Source: Veleropilina oligotropha
Lineage: Eukaryota
Assembly (NCBI GenBank): GCA_048128005.1
Contig: JBEUKZ010000099.1
Location: forward strand, 183,156 to 203,155
Length of the DNA: 20,000 nucleotides
Direction of reading: 5' to 3'
The notes under the pieces were generated by a model, which was given only the letters and a program-made list of their open reading frames with translations, was not told the origin of the DNA and did not search any database. This document shows positions 9,885 to 20,000 of the stretch, in pieces. The first letter of the stretch is position 1, and every line of letters starts with the position of its first letter. The position numbers were made by a program, and so were the translations under genes.

Positions 9885-10260
9885 CTATAATTATATAAAG
9901 TGAATTTTATTAACAAACAGGTGACAATTTATTTTACCGGGATTAATTTCCCCTTCAATGGGAGGCCATTTATCAAATTTATGCGACAATTATATGTCAT
10001 TCGGATTTATCAATCGCATTTGTCCACATGGCAGGTTATGATGAATGGGCTTCATTGACCATTCAGGGATTTCTACGTACAATATTATTTTACAATGAAG
10101 GGAGATTCGGCACGCCTTAATTTCAATTCAACTGGCAGTCTCCGGGTTTGATAGACAAGCACTGCTACCCACTCGGCCAGTTACCAGATATCCAAACGGA
10201 TTACCACTATCCCCTTGTCAGTAACCCGATTGAGAACCAGATATTCAAATGACCAAATTA

Positions 10261-11398
10261 CTGTAAACCATAATATACTAGAGGCAAACATTTTTAGCGA
10301 ATTGGTCACAATGGGCCAATTAGCGAAATGTAATTTTAGCGATAATCGAATTTCGGGAAATGCATTATTAGCGAGACTGGAAATGCATTATTAGCGAGAC
10401 TGACAACAATGCAAATTCTAATTACTTAAATGTTATCTGACGCCCTGTATAGCTGTTAATGGTCTGATTGTTACACATTGTTATCGCAACTGCAGTTAGT
10501 GAAGTATGACTATTAGCAGGATGACTAAGTATCTAAGTAGGTTGAAAGTTCATTGTACAAATCGTAATAGGATTAATATAATGACACTGGTGTTCGGATT
10601 GTAAGTTGTCACGTGAGTGTAACATGTGAATTGGTGCTTCAAATAAAGTACTAATTAATAGGATTACAAATGCATTTGTTATGTTTATTCAATAATTGTT
10701 ACTTAATAAAGTACTATGCATAATATACTGTAGTGTTACTTGCCAGTAAGGAGAAAGTTAATCGTCTTTTGTCATTAAAATGGACACTGTTGTGTTATCA
10801 AGGGAGGTCATTTATGCAGTGAACCAGTAGTGGAACTTGCGCGAAAACGAGGCTCTATGCAATACTGTTGAATAAACATCTGTAGAACGAGAACTATAGC
10901 AAGGAAGTTGATACGCAATTTTGTTTCCGCAGTTCTTTGGTGTACGATTCCTAATATTAAATTTAATTTCATACATTAGTCAGAATTAGGCTGTTGCTAT
11001 GGGTTTAATAAAATGATAAATAATGAATATGTTTCTGTTACTGAATTCCCCTTTTGGCGAGGCTAAAACAAAGACAAACAAAATGGCGGGGCTAAGTTTT
11101 ACGCACGTTTTTGAAGGATTTCAGCGGACCTTTCGCGAAATAAAGTTGAACAAACAAGTGGTGAAAATATGGTTTATTCATACATAAATGGCAAGTAATA
11201 AAAACGCATTACTTCTGAACAATGTTTATTGTTAGATAGTTTATTAATTACATTGCTAAAAACATATTTCTTTGTCACCCACCCTTCTTATATATGGATA
11301 TAATAGTAGACATATTAGCGGCATAAAGTGTTTGCGAATTTTGCTTCCTCGCTAAGTTCGCCAAAATTTAATTCTCGCAAAAATTTCTCGATTTACAG
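10261..11398. mobile_element. Non-autonomous DNA transposon with TA TSD (CTGT..ACAG termini)
   Basis: ta|ctgtaaa ... tttacag|ta, with subterminal ttagcga (left) and tcgctaa/tcgcca/tcgcaa (right) motifs. Internal 23-bp tandem duplication at ~10357-10402. Confidence 0.7.
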
Positions 11399-13276
11399 TA
11401 ACTTGCAAAGTCCATCCACCCATTGTCCACTTGAAACAACACCCTAATTAACTTTCAATTTCGAATCGCCTATCAACAAAACAAAAAACCTAATTATTTT
11501 ATGACTGGCTTGTGAAAACGTACCCAGGTGTGAACAGGCCTCCCATATTTACCGTTGGCGACCAACAATTAGTGCCTTGATATCAGCTTTCACCATTCAA
11601 TGCTTTCTTAATGTCACGCATTGCACTCCATCAGTAAATGCTTTATTGACAGAAGACTACTATTGTCTCTCATTGTTGAACAGTCCCATGTCAATTAACT
11701 TCTTTTGTTATTGGATTAGCTTGGAGAAAAGCACATGTCACGACCATGTGACCAAAATAGTAATACAGCAGAAAATTAAATGCACAGTTCTCATTGGCTG
11801 ATAATCAGGGTTACCTCAGTCAGTAAGGAACATAGTAGAAATAAAAATGTCAATATTTACGGTAATTTTAAATATTATGTATATTAATTATTATTGACAG
11901 TTTCATTTTTAAACAGACACCGGTACGTAATAATATTTATTAATTATAAAGTGTTCCTGCAATTAAAATACATGATATTTATATTAGGGTAAGGAGCCAT
12001 GTTGTTTGTGAATGTTTCTGTCGGCAACTTTGAAATGAATTCTGGATTCTAAGGAGAAATTAATTGTTTATGGATAATAAATTGGTGTGTTAAAGACATA
12101 TTGTGGTAAAATAAAAGTTAATAAAATTAAATAACACATGTTAAATAATCGAAAGCATGATGAAAGTATTGTCATAAACAAAATGCTAATAAAAAGTTAT
12201 TCATTTGTTGTGATTTTAAATTGTTACTTTTTAGCAAAGTTTTTCAAGAAAAAGTCAATGAATCAATAATAATGTTCTTATTGTCCGGACCTCGTGGACA
12301 ATGACAGGAAATTCGAATGGTAACTTTGAGGGTTGCAAATTAAGTAAAAGTTTGATTGTGGTATACAGGGGTCAAGCCAGGATTTACAGGAAGGAGAAGT
12401 CACTCCTCCCTGTGCCTTGATGAGGGAGAAGTTTCTGATGCGAGGGAGACTTCAGCTATTCAAAATTTTGTACCTATTTTCTTTAACGTTGCATCTGAAT
12501 AATATTGTACATGGCAAAATAGTCTATAATAACCAAACAAAGATTCAGTGTATTATTAATCTCATTATATTTAGTATCCTTTGAACTAACATTAAATTTT
12601 TTTGTTTGTATGCCTATAATTATTGTCTCACCATGTTATGTTTTACTGTCTTTATCCAAAGCTATATTTGCTTGTATGTAGATTTTGTGCTTTATAAAAT
12701 TGAATTGAATTGAATCTAATTACAAATGTATTCTTTACATATAACCTATATATACTTATTATCATTTCATATACAAGTTACTTTAGTTACTAAAAATGTT
12801 ATTTTATAGAGTTTAAATATTTAATTCTTCGCGCAAATATCATTAAAATATCAGCGCGTTATTAAAACGTGAAAGTCGCCATATATGTGCCTTATACGAA
12901 TAGCACTATAACCGGAATATAGCGAAAATCGTAACTATTAAATGACACATGTCGCGATGCCGCGCGTACGTTATGAGCAATATTAAAAGTATTTAATATG
13001 AACAGAATTGCGATATTTATTGATTTATCATAGCGTTTATAGGCACGCAACTTTTGCCTCAATTTCAAGCGAACATCAATGGCGTAATTATCCAGTTTCC
13101 CGACCACATGACATAGCTAAGGACATTGCATTAATTTGTATGAAGTCAATATTTCAATGGGGGTCAAATTGCATCCATTGATTAATTCTGTGGCACATAA
13201 TAAACTAGAAATGTGTCCATCGGACACGGATGCCCCCACTGGCAGCCTTGACCATAGGGGCAGCAAAGATCGTTAA

Positions 13277-13905
13277 GGCCATACGGCGACATGGATGGGT
13301 CGCAGAAGCGAAGCATGAATGATGATAAGCAAGTGTACAAAGTATCAAGTCAATCCATGAAGGCAAATAGAAGTTATAGCAGATTGGAGTTGCTTACACA
13401 CAAATACTGGTTTGAAGAGCTAAGTCATTTGACCTTGGCCATACGGCGACATGGATGGGTCGCAGAAGCGAAGCATGAATGATGATAAGCAAGTGTACAA
13501 AGTATCAAGTCAATCCATGAAGGCAAATAGAAGTTATAGCAGATTGGAGTTGCTTACACGCAAATACTGGTTTGAAGAGCTAAGTCATTTGACCTTGACC
13601 TTGGCCATACGGCGACATGGATGGGTCGCAGAAGCGAAGCATGAATGATGATAAGCAAGTGTACAAAGTATCAAGTCAATCCATGAAGGCAAATAGAAGT
13701 TATAGCAGATTGGAGTTGCTTACACACAAATACTGGTTTGAAGAGCTAAGTCATTTGACCTTGACCTTGGCCATACGGCGACATGGATGGGTCGCAGAAG
13801 CGAAGCATGAATGATGATAAGCAAGTGTACAAAGTATCAAGTCAATCCATGAAGGCAAATAGAAGTTATAGCAGATTGGAGTTGCTTACACGCAAATACT
13901 GGTTT
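13277..13905 (+). repeat. Satellite-like tandem array, ~3.8 copies of a 160/166-bp unit
   Basis: Units start ggccatacggcgacatgg at 13277, 13437, 13603 and 13769. They differ by a 6-bp gacctt indel and one A/G site. Confidence 0.97.
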
Positions 13906-13963
13906 CGGGACGGACGGACGGGACGGACGGACGGGACGGACGGACGGGACGGACGGGACGGAC
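13906..13963 (+). repeat. (GGAC)n/(GGGAC)n microsatellite
   Basis: Directly visible in the sequence. Confidence 0.97.
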
Positions 13964-14186
13964 AAGAGTAAATCTAAATGCCACCCCAATAAATTGGTGG
14001 TGGCATAAAAACATTGTTAATAAATAATATATATGTATTAAATTACGCTAACAAATATGCATTTAACTAAAAAAGTATGACGTGCTTTGTGAAATAAATG
14101 ATATCTCCCCTATTCTCGCGTGACCATTCAGTGATAATTTTATCAACGCCATGCATTCAAGCAGTTTGGGTCTGTTAAAACCATAT

Positions 14187-15971
14187 CAGGGTTAGCACTG
14201 GCTTCTGATTCAAATTCGCCAAGTGATTCGCCAATGCCATTTCAAATTCGCCAATGCCATTTCAAATTCGCCAATAGCAACTCGTATTCGCCAGCTTTAT
14301 TGAAATCATTGCGTTGCATTTGTTTCAGTTGTCTGTGTATGTAGTGATGTATGTATAGGTGTTGAAGAATGGAAATAACATGTAGTGTTTATATCTATAT
14401 ATATTTCTTACATTTCTGTTGATTTTAATCAATCAATAAAAGTTGAAAATGTGAAATGATGATTAACGACCATATATCAACAATTATTTTGGAAAAAATT
14501 AAATATTGACTTATGAACAGAATTAATTCCGATATATATGTATGCAGTGTACAGTGAATACCATGACAGACTATATATATGGTTCATGAAAAATGCTCCG
14601 ACCAATTTCAACTTTGGAATTGAACCAGTGATCTCTGCCTTGTGGTATTGCTGCTTTTAAACACCATCAGCCATCAATGCCCCATGTGATGTCCGAAAAT
14701 GAGAAGTTTAGTTTACTTCAGCCAGCATAATTTCAATGAACAATTTATCTTCTCAAGAAATCATTATGAAACACAACTCGCCATGACATAAAACAACGTT
14801 AACTGTAACTCCTTTGTTAAAACGTTTAACTTGCATGTATTTATTTTACGATAATAGTTTCGGAAGTCTAACTATTGTTCGACTGTTCAATATCGAATTG
14901 CAGTTTACTAAAGTTTGCGACAGAAAAAAGTAATTACGAATTCAATACATGCGTCCTTGTAATTTTCGCACATGGAATTGGGATAGCCCGATAAATCTGC
15001 CCCTAATTACAAGCTCGAAATCCTGACGGTCGCGTGTATAGGCGACCGTCAGGATTTCGAGCTTGTAATTAGGGTCAGATTTATCGAGCTAGGATTGGGA
15101 TAGTGTGCACACCAAACCGGCTATGACATTGCCACAATGAGATTTTTATGCTATAATATACGGTTTATTAAGCGATAATTATCCAATACCTACGTGATAT
15201 CGATATCCGACATTAAAACATCAAAATACGGCTTTTATTAGAAGAAAAATTGTAAATGACGTTCAAATAATTCAGCTTTCTGCTCGGTTGGACGCCATTA
15301 AAATTGATAAAAGTACCCGGATGTACCTTATCGATGAGTATCGCATTTTTTCGATTTGAGTAAGAAATGTTAAAAGTTGGTATATTATTTTGTATTCTGA
15401 AGTTAAAGTTATCATTTTGTTAAAATAATTAGATATATACTTTCGAAATAAATATTAACTAGGATGCATTAACAAAATCCACTTTGGTTCACGGTTATAA
15501 TAACTTTATTTAATTCGCTGTTCCGTTTACGGTGGCCGCCTGCAGAGACAAAAACTTTTAACTGAACAGAATTGAATGTTTATACAAATAAAGAACTTGT
15601 GGACGTGTTCATGACTTCAATTAGTGCACTGTTCCCATATTGAGTAATTAAGCTACTAGCCACTCGGCCAAGCGACGTACTGATTAAACAATGAATGTCG
15701 CAATAGACAAATAAGCGTTCATGCGCCAGTGTTGTTTCGCGATTGTTGACTATTTTCTTAAAGGGATTAGCTGAAACAGCATTGCTAATTGATAAGCTGC
15801 AAGGTAATTAAACCAATCAATTAAAGGGATTATGTAACAACAATAATTTGGGTGGTAAATATTTTATTAAAAATGACATTCGCCAGCAAATTCGCAAATC
15901 GGATTTTACATTCGCCAATCGTACTTCAAATTCGCAATTTGCGACGCTGGCGCATGGCAGCGCTAACCCTG
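14187..15971. mobile_element. hAT-like non-autonomous element with 5-bp TSD (hAT5-like)
   Basis: TIR cagggttagcactggc vs ggcagcgctaaccctg (14/16). TSD catat at 14182-14186 and 15972-15976. Subterminal attcgcca repeats at 14213-14293 and 15878-15935. Confidence 0.88.
14984..15091. mobile_element. 108-bp foldback MITE, TAG..CTA termini, 9-bp TSD (AcademH-like, tentative)
   Basis: 50-bp arms (14984-15033 and 15042-15091) with 2 mismatches and an 8-nt loop. Flanks are gaattggga / ggattggga (8/9). Confidence 0.85.
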
Positions 15972-16426
15972 CATATGAAATGGATGCACAATATCTCTAA
16001 GGTAGATAGCATTACCACTTATGACAAAACATATTGAAATTTGTATAATAAACGATTTTATGACGTTTAGGAAGATAAATCAAGGTCTCCATTTTCGCTG
16101 TCGCTGATCTCTTCAGCTCATTGGTCGGAAAATACGGGCTCTCCATGACACAATTAAGTCAAACAAGTTAACATTGTGCATAATGAACATAACATCTGGA
16201 CTGTCTTCCATGGTCCAAGAAAGTAATTGACAAGCTAGTTGACCATCTAGACCCATGCTGACACTTTACGACCAAAATTGGAGGGCAACTTCAATTCGCT
16301 ATCTACAGATGGCAAAGCGACATTTTCGTAACCAGGGCGACAAATTGCTTCACCTTGCCCTCTCGCAGGACCCCTGGGTATATAGATTTTTAGGTTCAAA
16401 GAAAATTAAATTAATGCTTTAAATTA

Positions 16427-16515
16427 CGGCATACCAGTTATTTTTGCGGGATACCAGATATGCATTTGTGGCATCCCTGCTGGGTACCACAATTTTTTGG
16501 GAAGATCTACCCCTG
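16427..16515. repeat. Isolated right end of a hAT-like MITE
   Basis: Repeated gg(c/g)atacc/gggtacc motifs end in agatctacccctg. No left end with a matching TSD was found. Confidence 0.4.
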
Positions 16516-16559
16516 CTATGTCATCCGGGAATTCAATGAGAAACACTCTTTAAACTTAC

Positions 16560-16698
16560 CTAACACCATGTAGCCATTGACTTTGAATTCCGACAGTTTC
16601 ATATCAAGCCACAGAATGAATTGCAGCATTGTCAACGGCTTGAGGGTGATGGACTCCACAATGGCGGCGAAGTCTGCTTTTACTTTCGGTAATTCCAT
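16560..16698 (-). CDS. First coding exon of an unidentified host gene (exon 16560-16764 including 5' UTR part)
   Basis: Acceptor tattgtttcag| at 16765, with all three frames closed upstream of a Kozak-type accATGg at 16698. Frame MELPKVKADFAAIVESITLKPLTMLQFILWLDMKLSEFKVNGYMVL ends at a consensus donor G|gtaagt (phase 1). Confidence 0.75.
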
Positions 16699-17035
16699 GG
16701 TAATGGTGATGTCGAGATAATATTTCAAATGTCACATAGCAAATCGTACGATACTTCTGTCAATCTGAAACAATACGAATCTGTATCAACCACTTTCCAG
16801 CATATAATAAACAAATTTCATCATTAATTTGTAATATTTAATAAATTTATATATAAAAAGCCTAAAATAAAAGAATTTACAAAAAATCAGTTTTTCGTGA
16901 GGTATGAAATGAACATGCTATTGTATCTCTCTTGAAATGCACTTAAAACAAAATAAACTGCATGAATGAGGTCCTATGACATCGTAGGTCATAAAACGCA
17001 CTAAAAATCTATCATTAAAAAATAATATATCTTTC

Positions 17036-18286
17036 CAGTGTTTGTAACATTGACAACATAAATATCCTACTTTTCACCGCGGGGCCCATGGTTCCCCGTG
17101 GTGAAGGAAATTTTGACAAATATACCTTATAAAATGGTGTTTCCTGGCACTTCAGCCATATTTCACTCAAATACTTAGTATAAAATTTTATATATTTTAC
17201 AAGGTTAGCACATGCACATTAAAGTTTTTCAATTAAATGGTTCATTTCTGCTGTTTTCTTACCAAAACGCAGGAATACATGTAATGCTCACAACTTCTGC
17301 AACCAAGCTCAACTCGGTATTGATATGTTTGTACAATTATTGCGACACCACACATCAAAATTTAATTGTAAAGTGCCTTTTCACCCTCTTTAATGCATAT
17401 ATTTGACATACAAAACACACAAGTTACGTTAAATGAGTCTTTTTCACAATCCAATCACCATACAAACCACCATTTGGGTCGACCGTCTTCAATAAATCTG
17501 GCGCTGGGCCCTGTTTCACAAAAAATCGTAGACGTGGTCGTAGACGTAATAGAATCTTACGACAATTTTTGACTGGCTGTTAAACTTAAACAGTCAATCA
17601 AAAATTGTCGTAAGATTCTATTACATTTACGACTACGTCTACGATTTTTTGTGAAACGGGGCATTTTTACTTCAGCTTTCAAATTCGCGCATGGCCCTAT
17701 CACGCGAGAGTGTGTTAAATAAATTATTTTTTTAAATTTTGACTTATGATTGTACATTATTTTATTTCATGTGAGAGACGATGCTTTATAATTTTAAATA
17801 AAGTTTTCGATAACGGAATAAGTTGATGTTACATTGAATCGCCGAACTTTCACTCCAGCTTAAAATAGCGTGCTGTCAGGGGAGGTAACCGCGAAACCAC
17901 TCTTCCCCGAGCATTGTTTCAATGGTAATGAATTGATTACGGAAGTAAACGAGCTGACAAAGATTCATCGGGAAAAGACGGCCAATGTAAACAAAAATCA
18001 TCGGGAAATTGTACGGCAGAAGCCTTGTACAAATCGGCCCTTGTACGATGTCAGAAAATCAAGTTTGATTAAATACCAGGAACACAATTATCGTAATATT
18101 TGGCATATGGAATGTACGGAGTATTTACGTACTAGTATTTGTATTTTAATTGTAATAATTTTAAAGTTAGTGGGAAATGTATCAAATCCCGACGCAGAAG
18201 ACGCAAAATCACTCAAATCCGACGATATCCGACAAAATTGTCTGAATCCGATTTTTGTCGGAAAACCCGACGAGTTACAAACACTG
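17036..18286. mobile_element. hAT-like non-autonomous element with 6-bp TSD (hAT6-like)
   Basis: Perfect 13-bp TIR cagtgtttgtaac / gttacaaacactg. TSD tctttc at 17030-17035 and 18287-18292. Subterminal ccgac repeats at 18186-18272. Confidence 0.88.
17506..17662. mobile_element. Palindromic MITE (Harbinger-like termini, tentative), nested in 17036-18286
   Basis: ~63-bp arms gccctgtttcacaaaaaatcgtagacg...gacaattttt and its reverse complement, with ~4 mismatches. The right terminus appears clipped and no TSD is visible. Confidence 0.75.
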
Positions 18287-19039
18287 TCTTTCTTGAAAGT
18301 AACCAAGTCTGGTTTTACCGGATTGTGCCTGCAATCATTGGATTGTCCTATGAAGGAAGAGTTATAAATATGATATCTGGAAACCACAAACACACTGATA
18401 CATATTTTAGAAAATATGTACTTAGGTTAATATGGAAATCATGCGACTTTGAAACATATCTTAATTTCCATCAACAGATATGAACTAAGTAATTTTTAAA
18501 TAGGCGTCAGATGATTTCATGGAATTAATTAAATTTGTATTAGCAAGACCCAAAAATGTTAGACACTACTTATAAAATAAGCAGCACTCAGAAATCAATT
18601 AAATTTATATATAGACCATGTTATTTATTACTAATAAATTAGAATCCTCAATTATATGTGTACCACATAGAAGTCAAACCCGTCGAAAATATATAAATAT
18701 CATCTCTGGCATGTCAGGGGTCGATTATGGGGACAGAAATAAACGATATGATAGGACGTCACTATATGTAATTTAATTACCTACTAAATACTTATACTGT
18801 TAATTTTAATTTGATTTTACTTGAAACAGTTTTATTTACGACAATATAATTATTTGAACATATATATGTCCGATAAACAGGCTGGGGAGAAGTCACTTTT
18901 CGTGATATATATCCCGATTGAGATATAATCTCATTCGGGATATAAAATATATGATTATCCCAATCGGTATGTACAATTTTGAAAATCATTTTTTGTTGAG
19001 AAATAACAAAAATTGAGCAAACGTAATTATATGAGAGGC

Positions 19040-19057
19040 TATATATATATATATATA
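19040..19057. repeat. (TA)n microsatellite
   Basis: Directly visible; another imperfect TA run lies at ~6907-6935. Confidence 0.85.
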
Positions 19058-19230
19058 AGTATTATTAACAGGGGCTGATCCAGGGTTTTAGTTTGGGGCC
19101 CCATAGGTAAGCGAGCGGGCATAGAATAGACAAGTGACCATCGACGCCCCTGAAGTTTAGATGCTTTGAGAAGCAATATAACAGATTTGATCATATGGTA
19201 CTTCATCAGGCATGTGATGTAATATTTTTT

Positions 19231-19335
19231 ATGGTAACCTACTGTAGGTCTCGCAAAATTGCTCATGGTAACCTACCTGTGGGCTACGCAACTTTAAAAG
19301 TGGGTAACCCAGGGTTACCTATGTAGTGAGCTGGA
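19231..19335. repeat. Cluster of ggtaacc(tac) motifs, probably a transposon subterminal region
   Basis: ggtaacc at ~19233, 19267, 19303 and 19471, plus inverted ggttacc at ~19313. Confidence 0.4.
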
Positions 19336-19746
19336 TGAAAGATACAAAATTTTCATTAATAAAGTGACATTGTTGACATATAATAGAAATGAATAATAGT
19401 TAAAATGAAAGTTATACTGTTGTCTGCAATGTGTCTTGTGCATTTTTATGCCAAGAAATATGTTTTCTATGGTAACCTACTACACTCTACAGGTCGCCTA
19501 AAATTAGATTTGCTTTAACCTCCCCGCGAAAGCGTTCAGCCTTTCGCCATAACTTTGCACGCTTGCTTCATGAATATTAAAATTGACTTTTTACAGTTAA
19601 CATATATATTGTTTCCAAAATTTTCAGGAATTTGGTAAATCATTGGTCAATTCTTTTTTTTCGCTTTCTCCAGTATGGGCGCCCAAACTCCCGACACCCA
19701 AACCCGATATAACGGGCGCAAAATAAGCCTAGATTTCAGCCCTAGA

Positions 19747-19873
19747 GTAAATAATGCTATCAAATTGACCGCACTGGTCCTTAATATTATGTAACGGCAA
19801 AAATTTACCATTTTGGCAATTTTTAGCCGTGACATTAAGGATTATCGAGGCGCAATTTCATAGCATTATTTAC
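19747..19873. repeat. Imperfect ~127-bp palindrome with paired ccttaa/ttaagg
   Basis: gtaaataatgctatcaaattg pairs with caatttcatagcattatttac. ccttaa (19779-19784) pairs with ttaagg (19835-19840). There is an inner hairpin tgtaacggcaaaaatt..aatttttagccgtgaca. Confidence 0.8.
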
Positions 19874-20000
19874 AAATAATGGCTCTTGTATACTTATATT
19901 TGTTTCATTTTAATATTTGACTGCAAAAAAAATTGGGGGAATTGTGCAGGGCTTCCAATAATAATTTTTCTCTGGAGACTTCATGGTTCCAAATCTTGGA

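Larger units (their letters stand above)
13202..14011 (-). mobile_element. Non-autonomous Helentron (HINE/DINE-1/pearl-type) carrying a tandem array
   Basis: Minus-strand order: T-run; 5' subTIR plus inverted copy (atgccacc 13978-13985 / ggtggcat 13999-14006); (GTCC)n microsatellite; tandem array; 3' subTIR (atgccccc 13230-13237); short palindrome gtgtcc-atc-ggacac (13213-13227); ctagttt end. No TSD. Confidence 0.85.
12366..16376. mobile_element. hAT-like element with 6-bp TSD, hosting nested insertions
   Basis: TIR caggggtc / gacccctg (8 bp perfect, 12/15). TSD ggtata at 12360-12365 and 16377-16382. About 1.4 kb remains after removing the nested elements. Confidence 0.68.

Noticed and set aside
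11524..11810. Additional host exon or alternative promoter (donor-like gtacgt/gtaaat, CCAAT)
   Set aside because: There are multiple stops and no clear acceptor, and the two supported exons already join in phase without it.
13277..13905. CRISPR array or repeated small genes (four MDGSQKR... ORFs)
   Set aside because: The repeats are contiguous 160/166-bp units with no unique spacers and no cas genes. The ORFs are by-products of the satellite inside a HINE.
202..16520. Giant element pairing ctatg|cagg (207) with cccctg|ctatg (16515)
   Set aside because: Only 4 bp of TIR match, and the element would enclose a host exon, so this is likely coincidence.
17870..18483. 165-, 101- and 114-aa overlapping ORFs
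   Set aside because: They cross the subterminal repeats, TIR and TSD of the 17036-18286 element and show no domain signature.
19069..19152. Mini hAT element caggggc...gcccctg
   Set aside because: Only a 7-bp inverted match and no TSD in the flanks; at most fragments.

Overview
This is AT-rich animal genomic DNA; its repeat types suggest a mollusc or other lophotrochozoan (inference). Two minus-strand exons of an unidentified host gene lie at 16560-16764 (ATG at 16698) and 9699-9884, and they join in frame. The introns are packed with transposons. The largest is a decayed minus-strand DIRS1-like tyrosine-recombinase retrotransposon (~1833-9078) carrying gag, RT, RNase H, a Dam-like methyltransferase domain and YR. 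It has frameshifts, internal deletions, a 175-bp tandem duplication in RT and a DNA-transposon insertion in its leader. Five CAG..CTG hAT-like non-autonomous elements all have 5- or 6-bp TSDs rather than 8 bp. Also present are a Helentron-type HINE with a 166-bp tandem array, foldback MITEs and nested insertions up to three levels deep. I see no clear new biological system. The best leads are a possible in-frame splice of the host exon onto the DIRS gag zinc-finger ORF, the short-TSD hAT cluster and the uncharacterised host protein.
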